In this document: positions 10,295 through 22,858 of the stretch, in pieces
How the letters are laid out: every line of letters begins with the position of its first letter
Position numbering within the stretch: position 1 is the first letter of the stretch
Origin: a virus
Lineage: Duplodnaviria > Heunggongvirae > Uroviricota > Caudoviricetes
Reading direction: 5' to 3' (one strand)
IMG/VR virus record: IMGVR_UViG_2925891887_000002
Length of the DNA stretch: 58,711 nucleotides
Program-made: the position numbers and the translations under genes
Notes under the pieces: generated by a model
Told to the model about the DNA's origin: nothing
Database searches by the model: none
The model's input: only the letters and a program-made list of their open reading frames with translations

Positions 10295-12852
10295 CGTCCA
10301 CCTCCGGAGAACAGGCCACCATCACGCATCTGTGTCTGAATTTCATCACGGGCACCCTTGCGGGCCATGTCATACACCGCCTTCAGAGCAGCCGGACCTA
10401 TCTGCCCGTTCGTGCCGTCGTTGTTAATCACCACATGGTTATTCTGCTCAAACGTCCCGGACGCCTGCGACCGGCTGTCTGCCATGCTGCCCGGTGTACC
10501 GACATAACCGCCGGTGGCATAGCCGCGCATCAGCCGGTAAAGATTCCCCACGCCAATCCGGCTGGTTGCCTCCTTCGTGAAGACAAATTCACCACGGTGA
10601 ACAATCCCCGCTGGCTCATATTTGCCGCCGGTTCCCGTAAATCCTCCGGTTGCAAAATGGAATTTCGCCGCAGCGGCCTGAATGGCTGTACCGCCTGACG
10701 CGGATGCGCCGCCACCAACAGCCCCGCCAATGGCGCTGCCGATACTCCCGACAATCCCCACCATTGCCTGCTTAAGCAGAATTTCTGTCATCATGGACAG
10801 CACGGAACGGGTGAAGCTGCGCCAGTTCTGCTCACTGCCGGTCAGCATCGCCGCCATATTCTGTGCAATACCATCAAAGGTCTGCGTGGCTGCACTTTTT
10901 ACCTGCGACATACTGTCCGTGGCGCTCTCTTCCCACTCACTCCAGCCGGACTTCAGGCCTGCCATCCAGCTCCCGCGAAGCTGGTCTTCAGCCGCCCAGG
11001 TCTTTTTCTGCTCTGACATGACGTTATTCAGCGCCAGCGGATTATCGCCATACTGTTCCTTCAGGCGCTGTTCCGTGGCTTCCCGTTCTGCCTGCCGGTC
11101 AGTCAGCCCCCGGCTTTTCGCATCAATGGCGGCCCGTTTTGCCCGTTGCTGCTGTGCGAATTTATCCGCCTGCTGCGCCAGCGCGTTCAGGCGCTCCTGA
11201 TACGTAACCTTGTCGCCAAGTGCAGCCAGCTGGCGTTTGTACTCCAGCGTCTCATCTTTATGCGCCAGCAGGGATTTCTCCTGTGCAGACAGCTGGCGAC
11301 GTTGCGCCGCCTCCTCCAGTACCGCGAACTGACTCTCCGCCTTCCACAAATCCCGGCGCTGCTGGCTGATTTTCTCATTTGCTCCGGCATGCTTCTCCAG
11401 CGTCCGGAGTTCTGCCTGAAGCGTCAGCAGGGCAGCATGAGCACTGTCTTCCTGACGATCGCCCGCAGACACCTTCACGCCGGACTGTTTCGGCTTTTTC
11501 AGCGTCGCTTCATAATCCTTTTTCGCCGCCGCCATCAGCGTGTTGTAATCCGCCTGCAGGATTTTCCCGTCTTTCAGTGCCTTGTTCAGTTCTTCCTGAC
11601 GGGCGGTATATTTCTCCAGCGGCGTCTGCAGCCGTTCGTAAGCCTTCTGCGCCTCTTCGGTATATTTCAGCCGTGACGCTTCGGTATCGCTCTGCTGCTG
11701 CGCATTTTTGTCCTGTTGACTCTGCTGCTCAGCCTTCTTTCGGGCGACTTCAAGCGCAAGACGGGCCTTTTCACGATCATCCCAGTAACGCGCCCGCGCT
11801 TCATCGTTAACAAAATAATCATCCTTGCGCAGATTCCAGATATCGTCCGCTTTCTTAAACGCGGCCTCTGCCTTAATCAGCATCTCCTGCGCGGTATCAG
11901 GACGACCAATATCCAGCACCGCATCCCACATGGATTTGAATGCCCGTGCTGTCCTGTCTGCCCAGGTTTCCAGCGTGCCCATGTTCTCTTTCAAGCGTCG
12001 GGTCTGGTCATCAAACCCTTTCGTTGCGGCCTCGTTCGCCGCCTGCAATGCCCCGGCTTCATCGCCGGAACGCTGCAACTGAGCAACATACGCAATCTGC
12101 TCCGCCGTCACGTTATGGAACTGGCGTGCCATCGCCGTCAGCCCCGACGTCGGGTCTGTGGTCAGCTTCCCGAAGGCTTCAGCGACCTTGTCCACCTCCA
12201 CGCCGGATGCAGAGGAGAAACGCGCCACACTCTGGCTGATGGACGCAATCTGAGCCTCACCGCTTACCCCCGCCTTAACCAGTGCGCTGAGTGACTCGCT
12301 GGTCTGGTTAAACGTCAGCCCTGCCGCCTGCCCGGCTCTGGACAGGACCAGCATACGATCTGCCGTCAGTCCCGCCTGATTGCCGGAAAGGACCAGCGTT
12401 TTGTTGAAATCGGACAGGGTTGAGTTGCCCTGATACCAGGCATACGCCAGCGCTCCGGTCGCCACCGCCAGCGAGGTAGCCCCCACCATCGGCAGGGTGA
12501 TCGCACCGGCAAGCCCCCGGAACATGGGGATCATCCCGCCGAAGGAGTCCTTCACCTGACCCCCCTGTTGCAGCAGGATCAGCCACGGACTTTGCCCGCC
12601 TGCAAGCTGCGTGGCCACGTCAGTGAACTGCGCAGGCAGCATACGCATGGCGGCTTTATACTGCCCGACGGAAATTCCCGCTTTCTGTGCAGCCAGCGCC
12701 TGCCGGTTCATCGACTGTTCAACGACTGCCGCTGTTTTTTTCGCATCACTTTCCGTACCGGAAAAATGACGCCTGACTCTGGCCATCTGCTCGTCAAATC
12801 TGGCCGCATCCAGACTCAAATCAACGACCAGATCGCCTACCGGTTCAGCCAT
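10291..12852 (-). CDS. H: Tail tape measure protein H
   Basis: 853 aa, same length as lambda H. Confidence 0.95.
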   Translation of the reverse strand: MAEPVGDLVVDLSLDAARFDEQMARVRRHFSGTESDAKKTAAVVEQSMNRQALAAQKAGISVGQYKAAMRMLPAQFTDVATQLAGGQSPWLILLQQGGQVKDSFGGMIPMFRGLAGAITLPMVGATSLAVATGALAYAWYQGNSTLSDFNKTLVLSGNQAGLTADRMLVLSRAGQAAGLTFNQTSESLSALVKAGVSGEAQIASISQSVARFSSASGVEVDKVAEAFGKLTTDPTSGLTAMARQFHNVTAEQIAYVAQLQRSGDEAGALQAANEAATKGFDDQTRRLKENMGTLETWADRTARAFKSMWDAVLDIGRPDTAQEMLIKAEAAFKKADDIWNLRKDDYFVNDEARARYWDDREKARLALEVARKKAEQQSQQDKNAQQQSDTEASRLKYTEEAQKAYERLQTPLEKYTARQEELNKALKDGKILQADYNTLMAAAKKDYEATLKKPKQSGVKVSAGDRQEDSAHAALLTLQAELRTLEKHAGANEKISQQRRDLWKAESQFAVLEEAAQRRQLSAQEKSLLAHKDETLEYKRQLAALGDKVTYQERLNALAQQADKFAQQQRAKRAAIDAKSRGLTDRQAEREATEQRLKEQYGDNPLALNNVMSEQKKTWAAEDQLRGSWMAGLKSGWSEWEESATDSMSQVKSAATQTFDGIAQNMAAMLTGSEQNWRSFTRSVLSMMTEILLKQAMVGIVGSIGSAIGGAVGGGASASGGTAIQAAAAKFHFATGGFTGTGGKYEPAGIVHRGEFVFTKEATSRIGVGNLYRLMRGYATGGYVGTPGSMADSRSQASGTFEQNNHVVINNDGTNGQIGPAALKAVYDMARKGARDEIQTQMRDGGLFSGGGR

Positions 12853-13683
12853 ACCGGACTCCTCCTGCGATCCCTTCTGATACTGTCATCAGCATTACGT
12901 CATCCTCCGTCATGTCCGCCACATCCGGGGAAGCGGGGATAACTTCATTCCCGTCCGGGCCAAAGCGGACGCCTCCGGCAAGCCCTGCCGCTTTCTGCAT
13001 CAGCACATCATCTTCAGGCTCTTCGTCAGCCTCGCGCCGGTTCAGCAGACTGAAATCCAGCGGATGCATATCCGGATCGCTGAAAAACAGGCTGAGTACG
13101 GTGTACGTCAGCCCGGAAAAGTGCATATCCAGCAGAACATCATGAAAATAATGGGTACTGTAAAAGCGGTGCCAGTCGGCATACTCCGTGGATGACATCC
13201 CGGCAAGCATGGCGCGCCAGTCGGGTCGCCCCATCTCACGCGCCAGTTTCAGGGCAAAACTCAGCTCACCGTCGAACACTTTCCCGCAGAAACAGGCTCT
13301 GCTGGCCCGGCGTCATCTGCCTGTTCAGGTGCATCATTCACAACAAACTCAGACATACCGGACAGACGCATTACCACATTTTCAGCCTGAGCAATTGCCT
13401 CTGTGGGCCAGGTGGTAAGCACTTCCTGCTCAATTTGTTTAACGGCTTCATTCATGGACGGCATCTTTGTCTTCTGCGGATGGCTATGCCACAGGGACAT
13501 CGCCACCAGAAAAGCACCGGTTCTGACGAGATCTTCCACGCTCACCTGTCGATTGAGACTGGATCCCGCCTGTTCTGCCTGTCGTTTCAGCAGGGCGAGA
13601 TGCTCAATTCGCTGCAGGGCTGACAGTTCAGAAAGCGTGACGCTCACACCGTTATATTCAAATGATTCGGTTTTCAGGAACAT
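12845..13683 (-). CDS. T: G-T fusion chaperone made by programmed -1 frameshift
   Basis: T-frame ORF 12845..13279 overlaps the G 3' end; slippery heptamer GGGAAAG present. Confidence 0.85.
13261..13683 (-). CDS. G: Tail assembly chaperone G
   Basis: 140 aa, lambda G match. Confidence 0.9.
   Translation of the reverse strand: MFLKTESFEYNGVSVTLSELSALQRIEHLALLKRQAEQAGSSLNRQVSVEDLVRTGAFLVAMSLWHSHPQKTKMPSMNEAVKQIEQEVLTTWPTEAIAQAENVVMRLSGMSEFVVNDAPEQADDAGPAEPVSAGKCSTVS
13281..13287 (-). other. Slippery sequence GGGAAAG for the G-T -1 frameshift
   Basis: CTTTCCC on the plus strand at 13281..13287, inside the G 3' end. Confidence 0.85.
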
Positions 13684-13698
13684 CGCTGACTCTCCGGA

Positions 13699-14439
13699 TT
13701 AACTGTCGGTGACGGTGATTTCTGCAACCTCAGCAAGTTCACCATTACCGGATACAACCGGAATGTTGACCTTGCCTGCAGCAACACCTTTCACGGTGAT
13801 GGTCATACCACTGACCGACACGGTGGCTTTTGTTTTATCCGCAGACACCGCACGGAAGCTCTTGTCGGTTGCGCCTTCCGGCTGGAATGCCACGGTCAGC
13901 GTGGTGCTCTGCCCTTTCACCACCGAAGTGCTGGCAGGCGTCACGGTCATGCCGGTTGCCGCTGTTACCGTGCTGCGATCTTCTGCCATCGACGGACGTC
14001 TCACGTTGGTGACTTTCACCGTGCGGGTGATCACTTCCTTCGCCGTCACCGCCTTACCGATACTGCTGACCCAGCCGCGGAACACATCGACCGTGCCGTT
14101 CGGGAAGCGGATTTTATAGGCACGGGTATCCCCTTCATTAAACCACGCCAGCAGCGCCTGCTGCCCCTGCTCTCCGGGCATCCACGCCAGCGTGAAGCTG
14201 GTATCTCCGGCAGATTTCTGCCCCTGCCCGGTCGCAGTCCAGTCCGCATCTTCATCATCGAGATAGCTGTCGTCATAGGACTCAGCGGTCAGTTCGCCGG
14301 GCGTCAGGTCTTTAACTTTAGCCAGACGCGACCAGTCAACGTCTGAAAGCGGGTTCGCATAAGGGTCACCGTTCCCCTTATAAACCCACAGTGTGGTCCC
14401 GGCCCCTTTCACCGGCATTACTGGATTTGGTACAGGCAT
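13699..14439 (-). CDS. V: Major tail protein V with C-terminal Ig-like domain
   Basis: 246 aa from MPVPNP, lambda V match. Confidence 0.95.
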   Translation of the reverse strand: MPVPNPVMPVKGAGTTLWVYKGNGDPYANPLSDVDWSRLAKVKDLTPGELTAESYDDSYLDDEDADWTATGQGQKSAGDTSFTLAWMPGEQGQQALLAWFNEGDTRAYKIRFPNGTVDVFRGWVSSIGKAVTAKEVITRTVKVTNVRRPSMAEDRSTVTAATGMTVTPASTSVVKGQSTTLTVAFQPEGATDKSFRAVSADKTKATVSVSGMTITVKGVAAGKVNIPVVSGNGELAEVAEITVTDS

Positions 14440-14446
14440 ATCGTCC

Positions 14447-14842
14447 TCACATTTCATAGGTAATGACATAAGTCAGATCGGCTGAACTCCACAGGCCCGC
14501 ATCATCGTCGCGCCGGTAGTCATAGCCACTGGCCACCATACTGGTGATCAAATCTGACAGTGCCGGGACATCGCTCATCACCGGATAAATCCGGGACTCC
14601 ATCCACGAATCCAGCTCTGAATCCGGCACCTGAGCAGGCAGGAAAACTTCAATATGCAGCTCCGCCTGCCAGGTATCACTGTCCAGCTCTTCGCCCGTGT
14701 ATTCAGCGCCGGTGAGATAAACGGCAATTGCCGGAAAATCCGCCTCATCAAAAACAGCGGGGCGACCATCAAAAAGCGTCGCCCCGGTGTCATGCTTCTC
14801 CAGTGCATCCAGTACGGCTGCACGGAGTTCAGTATGTTTCAT
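14447..14842 (-). CDS. U: Tail terminator protein U
   Basis: 131 aa, lambda U match. Confidence 0.9.
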   Translation of the reverse strand: MKHTELRAAVLDALEKHDTGATLFDGRPAVFDEADFPAIAVYLTGAEYTGEELDSDTWQAELHIEVFLPAQVPDSELDSWMESRIYPVMSDVPALSDLITSMVASGYDYRRDDDAGLWSSADLTYVITYEM

Positions 14843-15417
14843 CGCTTTATTACCATTCTCAGTTGATGCTGCAGCGCATAGCCCAGCTCTTTCGGAAGAC
14901 GTTCACGCCGTATCCGTTCAATATTCTGTTTAAACGCCGTGGTAAGCGGCACCGCCATCGGGATTTTCACCACATCAATGGGGTAACGGTTTTTCCCGGC
15001 CACACGCTGCATGACATGCCACCGGCCATTTTTCAGTTGCTGAATAAACGCGCCGGGAATACGACGGTTTCCCACCACAAGCACGCTGCCGCCACCTTTC
15101 AGGGATGAACGCTGCCCCTTTTTACGACGTCTGCGGCGGGAAAGGACAACCCGCGCGTTACCCAGCTTGATTACGGGCAAATCCCCCCGGTTAACCCTGA
15201 TTCTGGCCTGCGGATTTTTGACCGTGGCCCTTTTCAGCCTGGCCCTTTCCTTTACCAGTTTCCGGCGTACCTTTGTCTCACGGGCAACCTGTGACGCAGA
15301 CTGCGATATCGCGGATGACGCAACGCGGTTAATGGCCATTGCGGCGGCACCAGGCACCGCCGTTTTGCTGATACGGCTGAGGTTTTCAACGGCCTGCTCA
15401 AGGCCTTTTATGGCCAT
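14839..15417 (-). CDS. Z: Tail completion protein Z
   Basis: 192 aa, lambda Z match. Confidence 0.9.
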   Translation of the reverse strand: MAIKGLEQAVENLSRISKTAVPGAAAMAINRVASSAISQSASQVARETKVRRKLVKERARLKRATVKNPQARIRVNRGDLPVIKLGNARVVLSRRRRRKKGQRSSLKGGGSVLVVGNRRIPGAFIQQLKNGRWHVMQRVAGKNRYPIDVVKIPMAVPLTTAFKQNIERIRRERLPKELGYALQHQLRMVIKR

Positions 15418-15428
15418 ACATCCCCCTT

Positions 15429-15782
15429 TCAGCGGCGACGGTTAACGGCAGGCGGCACGCCACGCCCAAGCCAGAGATGACAGCTTCCGCCATCATCCGG
15501 CGAAATCCGGTCCACCCAGAAGTTTTCCTCGCCGATGGTCAGTGTGTCTCCACGCCGCAGCTGCCGCACATCATCAGTCCGGACAAACAGGGACGGGCTG
15601 GAGCCTTCAACGCGCACCCCCTGTCCGGCATAGCTGATATTTTCAGGGTCATCAAAAACACCACGTATCACAGCACCGGACAGCTCACCGGATGTCATGG
15701 TGGCTGACGTTCCCATGTACCCGCGTATCGTTTCATCGGCGCGGGCAATGGCAGCATCGAACAGGTTATCGGAATCAGCCAC
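15429..15782 (-). CDS. FII: Head-tail joining protein FII
   Basis: 117 aa, lambda FII match. Confidence 0.9.
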   Translation of the reverse strand: MADSDNLFDAAIARADETIRGYMGTSATMTSGELSGAVIRGVFDDPENISYAGQGVRVEGSSPSLFVRTDDVRQLRRGDTLTIGEENFWVDRISPDDGGSCHLWLGRGVPPAVNRRR

Positions 15783-15793
15783 AGCGCCTCCCG

Positions 15794-16192
15794 TTATTGC
15801 ATTCTGGCCAGGCCATGTTCTGTCATTTCGGCTGCCACACCGGCAGAGACACGAAACGCCGTTCCCGGCAGCACAAATGCCACAGGCTCATCCCGCGTGG
15901 CGTGAAGTGCATCAGTATGCAGCGTCACCAGTGCCACGACCGTGACCAGAGCAGCCGTATCAATCACGGTATCCGGCTGCGCTGATACCACCTCATTTTC
16001 ATGTCCGGTCAGCGCATTTTCCGGGCTGACAGATGTGTCCTGACCGGCAGCGTCATCCGTGTCATCAAGCTCCTCTTCCAGCTCTGCCACACGGAGCACC
16101 AGTTCTTCTTTCGTCCCCGTCAGGCTGACATCACGGTTCAGTTGCTCACCCAGCACCTGAAGACGGGCAATCAGTTCATCTTTCGTCATGGA
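15794..16192 (-). CDS. FI: DNA packaging protein FI
   Basis: 132 aa from MTKDELIARL, lambda FI match. Confidence 0.9.
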   Translation of the reverse strand, partial: SMTKDELIARLQVLGEQLNRDVSLTGTKEELVLRVAELEEELDDTDDAAGQDTSVSPENALTGHENEVVSAQPDTVIDTAALVTVVALVTLHTDALHATRDEPVAFVLPGTAFRVSAGVAAEMTEHGLARMQ

Positions 16193-16230
16193 CTCCTCCA
16201 CAGAGAGAAAATGGCCCCGAAGGGCCATGA

Positions 16231-16754
<524 letters not shown>

Positions 16755-16755
16755 G

Positions 16756-18535
<1,780 letters not shown>

Positions 18536-18590
18536 AAAAAAATCCCGTAAAAAAAGCCGCACAGGCGGCCTTTAGTGATGAAGGGTCAGG

Positions 18591-18923
18591 TTAAACGATG
18601 CTGATTGCCGTTCCGGCAAACGCGGTCCGTTTTTTCGTCTCGTCGCTGGCAGCCTCCGGCCAGAGCACATCCTCATAACGGAACGTGCCGGACTTGTAGA
18701 ACGTCAGTGTGGTGCTGGTCTGGTCAGCAGCAACTGCAAGAATGCCAACGGCAGCACCGTCGGTGGTGCCATCCCACGCAACCAGCTTACGGGTGGAGGT
18801 GTCCAGCATCAGCGGGGTCATTGCAGGCGCTTTCGCACTCAACCCGCCGGGCGCGGTTGCGGTATGAGCCGGGTCACTGTTGCCCAGCGGCTGGTAATGG
18901 GTAAAGGTTTCTTTGCTCGTCAT
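18591..18923 (-). CDS. D: Head decoration protein D
   Basis: 110 aa from [12 protein letters not shown], lambda D match. Confidence 0.9.
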   Translation of the reverse strand: MTSKETFTHYQPLGNSDPAHTATAPGGLSAKAPAMTPLMLDTSTRKLVAWDGTTDGAAVGILAVAADQTSTTLTFYKSGTFRYEDVLWPEAASDETKKRTAFAGTAISIV

Positions 18924-18932
18924 AAACATCCC

Positions 18933-19328
18933 TTACACTGGTGTGTTCAGCAAATCGTTAACGGCATCAGATGCCGGGTTACCTGCAGCCAGCGGTGCCG
19001 GTGCCCCCTGCATCAGACGATCCAGCGCAGTGTCACTGCGCGCCTGTGCACTCTGTGGTGCTGCGGCCAGAATACGGCGGGCCGTTTCCACGGTCATACC
19101 GGGGGTTTCGGCCAGCACGCATGCCTGTTCTTCGCGTCCGTGAGCCTCCTCACAGTTGAGGATCCCCATAATGCGACTGTTTTCTGCCGCAACCGCTGCG
19201 GTGATCTGCGCGTTCACGTCCGGCTGCGCAGCGCTGGCGTTCTCGCCCTCCGTCGCTTGCACCACGCCAGTAACGTCAGCCTGCGAAGCAGTGGCTGAAA
19301 CAGTTGTTGATTGAGTCTCTTTGGTCAT
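18933..19328 (-). CDS. Nu3: Scaffolding protein Nu3, nested in frame in the C 3' end
   Basis: 131-aa in-frame product from internal Met (MTKETQSTTV). Confidence 0.7.
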   Translation of the reverse strand: MTKETQSTTVSATASQADVTGVVQATEGENASAAQPDVNAQITAAVAAENSRIMGILNCEEAHGREEQACVLAETPGMTVETARRILAAAPQSAQARSDTALDRLMQGAPAPLAAGNPASDAVNDLLNTPV

Positions 19329-20252
19329 TCGCCCTCCTGAGAGACGGGATTTACGTGCATCCAGTGCATCACGCATGACGGTGATCGCATCGGTACTGTT
19401 CACAAGTTCATCAGCCAGTCCGGCATCAATGGCCTCCTGACCGCTGTACACTGCAGCCTCGGTATCCAGCACAGCCTGCACGGACAGGCCGGTATATGCC
19501 GACACCTTCTGTGCAAACATCCGGCGGGTTGCATCCATCCGGGACTGCAGTGTTTCCCGGACATCATCCGGTAGATGGCTGTAGGGGTTGCCATCCACCT
19601 TATGGCTGCCGCTGTAAATCAGCGTGATTTCCACGCCCTGTTTCTCCAGCGCAGCACCGTAATTACTGTGAGCCATCATGACGCCGATGGAGCCTGTCCG
19701 GGCGGTCTGCGTGACCAGACGCCGGGAGGCGGCGCTGGCAAGCAGCTGACCTGCACTGCAGTTCATGTCGTTGGCCAGCGCCCATACCGGTTTTATGTCT
19801 CGCACACGGGCGATGATGTCAGCACAGTCAAATGCTCCCGCCACCATCCCGCCCGGTGTGTCCATATCCAGCAGAATGCCGTCCACAATCGGATCGCTGG
19901 CAGCCTGTTGCAGACGGGCGATAATGCCGTTGTAACCGGTCATCCCCGAATACGGCTGCAGCGCCCGCGTCCGGCTGACCAGCGTGCCGGACACCGGCAG
20001 CACGGCGATGCCGTTCATGACCTGATAACTGCGGGCCTGTCGTGGTCCGTCATCATCAACGGATAACGCCAGCGCCGCGGGTGCCTCTCCGGCAGTCAGG
20101 CTGTCGCCGGACACCGCATCCGCCAGGCGGCTGATCCCAAGCTGGCCTGCAAGCGCACAAAAGAAAACCCGCGCATAGGCGGGTTCAAGCATCAGCGGCT
20201 CATTAAAGGCCATACTGGCAATATGCGGGAGATTACGCAGCTCTGCTGTCAC
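18933..20252 (-). CDS. C: Capsid assembly protease C
   Basis: 439 aa from GTG (VTAELRNLPHIASMAF), lambda C match. Confidence 0.9.
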   Translation of the reverse strand: MTAELRNLPHIASMAFNEPLMLEPAYARVFFCALAGQLGISRLADAVSGDSLTAGEAPAALALSVDDDGPRQARSYQVMNGIAVLPVSGTLVSRTRALQPYSGMTGYNGIIARLQQAASDPIVDGILLDMDTPGGMVAGAFDCADIIARVRDIKPVWALANDMNCSAGQLLASAASRRLVTQTARTGSIGVMMAHSNYGAALEKQGVEITLIYSGSHKVDGNPYSHLPDDVRETLQSRMDATRRMFAQKVSAYTGLSVQAVLDTEAAVYSGQEAIDAGLADELVNSTDAITVMRDALDARKSRLSGGRMTKETQSTTVSATASQADVTGVVQATEGENASAAQPDVNAQITAAVAAENSRIMGILNCEEAHGREEQACVLAETPGMTVETARRILAAAPQSAQARSDTALDRLMQGAPAPLAAGNPASDAVNDLLNTPV

Positions 20253-21012
20253 TCTTCTCCTCCTCTGTTGATTGTCGCAGCCCGGATTCAAATGCTGCAG
20301 CCGCCCAGGCGGGCGGTTTAAGACCGGCTGCACGGCGCTCCATCGTTTCACGGACCTGCTGGGCAAAAATTTCCTGATAGTCGTCACCGCGTTTTGCGCA
20401 CTCTTTCTCGTAGGTACTCAGTCCGGCTTCTATCAGCATCACCGCTTCCTGAACTTCTTTCAGACCATCGATGGCCATACGACCGGAGCCTATCCAGTCG
20501 CAGTTCCCCCAGGCACTGCGGGCTTCCTGAAAACTGAAGCGCGCTTTTGAAGGTAACGTCACCACGCGGCGAACGATGGCCTCTTCCAGCCAGCACAGAA
20601 ACATCTGGCTCGCCTGACGGGATGCGACGAATTTTCGCCGCCCCATAAAGTACGCCCACGACTCGTTCGCACTGGCCCGTGCCGTGGAGTAGCTCATCTG
20701 GGCGTAATTCCGGGAAAGCTGCTCATACGAGACACCCAGCCCGGCAGCAATATACCGCAACAGTGACTGCTCAAACACGGAGTAGCCGTTATCCGTGTCC
20801 TGAGCCGTCTGCAGGTTCAGTGAGTCCCCCGGCATCAGGTGCGGCACTTTTGCGCCTCCCAGCCGGACCGGTGCTGCGGCGTAATACGCGGCAATTTCAC
20901 CAATCCAGCCAGTCAGCCTTTCCCGCTGCTCCTGACTGTTCGCGCCCAGAATAAAATCCATCGCTGACTGCGTATCCAGCTCACTCTCAATGGTGGCGGC
21001 ATACATCGCCTT
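20233..21012 (-). pseudogene. B: Portal protein B, C-terminal fragment
   Basis: MYAATIESELDTQSAMDF...EEEKSDSRAA matches the lambda B C-terminal half; homology stops at the satellite junction. Confidence 0.9.
21001..21012. other. Satellite att core copy, left junction (ATACATCGCCTT)
   Basis: Direct repeat of 31400..31411 with one mismatch. Confidence 0.65.
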
Positions 21013-21086
21013 TATGAAAAGACAGGAAAAAATAAAATTTAAAAACAGTACATTACGAATGCTCAGACCTATCGTTTAAAGGAGTC

Positions 21087-21107
21087 GCAATACACACTGC
21101 AATACAC
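21087..21107 (+). repeat. Two GCAATACAC direct repeats, putative integrase arm-type sites (left end)
   Basis: Same 9-mer occurs three times at the int-proximal end. Confidence 0.5.
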
Positions 21108-21194
21108 GATTATTTATAAGATGAGCGGCATCCGTCATAAAGCTGGTGGATGCTTTTTCTATGCATATATGCACAGTTTTAGTGGGCGTTAATG

Positions 21195-21218
21195 TCGATA
21201 TAGGGATCCCCATATCGA
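21195..21218. repeat. Nested palindrome TCGATATAGGGATCCCCATATCGA
   Basis: 7-bp inverted arms flanking a GGATCC core. Confidence 0.4.
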
Positions 21219-21450
21219 GATTGGATACCTGGCTTTTTTCCGGTTAACCTTTAATCAGGCTGGTGGGCTTTACCTGTTTTGTATGAGTGGTCATCATGAC
21301 CATGTCATAACAAAAACCCCATATTCGTGGTTTTTCTGTGTCGGGCTATTCTGTCGTTGCTGTGCTGATTTGGCTGGTGGGCTGAATCATCATTACGGCG
21401 ATGCAGCTATGTAGACGTTCCGGCCTCCTCAAATTGAGGATTGTGGAAGA

Positions 21451-21810
21451 ATCAATGGGTTAGTCTTACTTTCCCGACATCCCCCAATGGGGGTTTTCGA
21501 AACAATCAATAGCTTAGGCTTACTTCCCCGATTTCCTGCATTGCAGGTTTTCGAAATAATCAATGGGTTAGGCCATCGTGCAATTTTGCACTTTGCCAGC
21601 CAGCGCAATGTCGCGTTATCAGTCCTCAGATGTGAGGGATGTAGCCAGCTTTTCCCCCAGTGGGGGATATCCAGCACCGACGGCTTAACTGTGCGTGCCA
21701 GCACAAGGTAGCCTTGAACTACTTACTGCATCCCATCTTACAGGCCGTGCCTTCCTGCTTAACTTTTTGCAATGCAACAAGTCAGCCAGCGCAATTTTGC
21801 GTTATCGGGA
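21451..21810. repeat. Array of 54-bp tandem repeat units and 12 to 14-bp GC-rich palindromes, several followed by T-runs
   Basis: Units at 21451, 21505, 21559; palindromes at 21481, 21535, 21578, 21654, 21790. Confidence 0.7.
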
Positions 21811-21821
21811 ATATCAGCAAG

Positions 21822-22103
21822 TTACCGCCGCAATCGTTCCGGCTTCTTCCACTGGTAAGTATTTTTCGCGCTCTCCCTCCGTTGTTGAGAACGGCGACGA
21901 TATGCCAGCAACTCAAGGACTCTTGTTCGTATGTTGCGCATATCCACGCCGTTAAGCTCAATACCGTCACGGCGCATCACCTCAGCCACTACACGCACAT
22001 AATTATCTGCGGTCACGCTGTCCGGCTGCGTGGCCTGTTCGTCATGCTGCTTGCTGATTCCACAAGCACGGCGGATTAATCGCAGTATTTCGGATTCAGT
22101 CAT
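21822..22103 (-). CDS. Hypothetical protein (satellite)
   Basis: 93-aa ORF just downstream of the terS-like gene, same strand. Confidence 0.4.
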   Translation of the reverse strand: MTESEILRLIRRACGISKQHDEQATQPDSVTADNYVRVVAEVMRRDGIELNGVDMRNIRTRVLELLAYRRRSQQRRESAKNTYQWKKPERLRR

Positions 22104-22114
22104 AGCGTACTACG

Positions 22115-22642
22115 TTACTTATCTTTATTCGGCTGCAACTTATCCGGTACGTTTCCGGCAGTTTCCATCAGATAATCGGACAGCATCAGCGGTATGTTTT
22201 CGTCAAGTTTTGCGCATGCGTTACGGGCTCTGATAACTTCTTTTTTCAGTCCATCCAGCATAGACGGCTTCATGTCGGGAAACTTCCTTGTCATGGCAAG
22301 CGGCAGGCTGTCCATGATTGAAGAAATCTGACTCGCTAGTTTTGAAATCGCGTAGATGCAAAACTTTGTATCAATCACCTCGCCGCGTTCGCGCTCGTTT
22401 TTAAGTTCCTGCGCTTCCGCCTGGGCCGTCATTAATCTGATTCTTACGCGTAAAAGTTCATCATCATCAATCTCGCCTTTGTCGTCTGTAATCTGGTTAA
22501 TTGCATTGCTAACCCGATTGTCTATTACGCTGGCAACATCATAAAACGCCTCGCGGCCTTTACGTTCAACGGGAGTCACTCCCCACTTGTCGAACGCTGT
22601 CGCACTTACACGGCAGCTTTGCGCCATGTTTTTTTTGTTCAT
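22115..22642 (-). CDS. Small terminase (Nu1)-like protein, candidate packaging-redirection factor
   Basis: C-terminal two thirds align with Nu1 at 34333..34878 (RLxxAQAxAQELKN..); N-terminus divergent; start chosen at MNKKNMAQ. Confidence 0.7.
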   Translation of the reverse strand: MNKKNMAQSCRVSATAFDKWGVTPVERKGREAFYDVASVIDNRVSNAINQITDDKGEIDDDELLRVRIRLMTAQAEAQELKNERERGEVIDTKFCIYAISKLASQISSIMDSLPLAMTRKFPDMKPSMLDGLKKEVIRARNACAKLDENIPLMLSDYLMETAGNVPDKLQPNKDK

Positions 22643-22790
22643 CAGGTGCGATTTCATCAATATCCCCACTTAAGTAATGTTTCAGGTTGGTGTATTGGCT
22701 TTATCTTTTCCTTTTTATTCATAGAGATAGAGCGAACAACAAAACCACCACCAGCACCCGAAAAAGGCTCATAAATAGCGAAAACCCGCG

Positions 22791-22802
22791 AGGTCGCCGC
22801 CC
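22791..22802. other. Satellite cosN (12-nt cohesive-end sequence)
   Basis: AGGTCGCCGCCC with lambda-like flanks on the cosQ side, divergent on the cosB side. Confidence 0.8.
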
Positions 22803-22858
22803 CGTAGCCTACCGGATCGCCGGAAAGGACCCGCCAGCCAGAACGGGCCCTAATTTCA

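Noticed and set aside
10682-12294. Several plus-strand ORFs of 140 to 190 aa
   Set aside because: Antisense to tape measure gene H; they arise from the coiled-coil codon bias of H.
21451-21810. Possible CRISPR array
   Set aside because: The repeats are 54-bp units with internal palindromes, not short constant repeats separated by unique spacers, and no cas genes are present.
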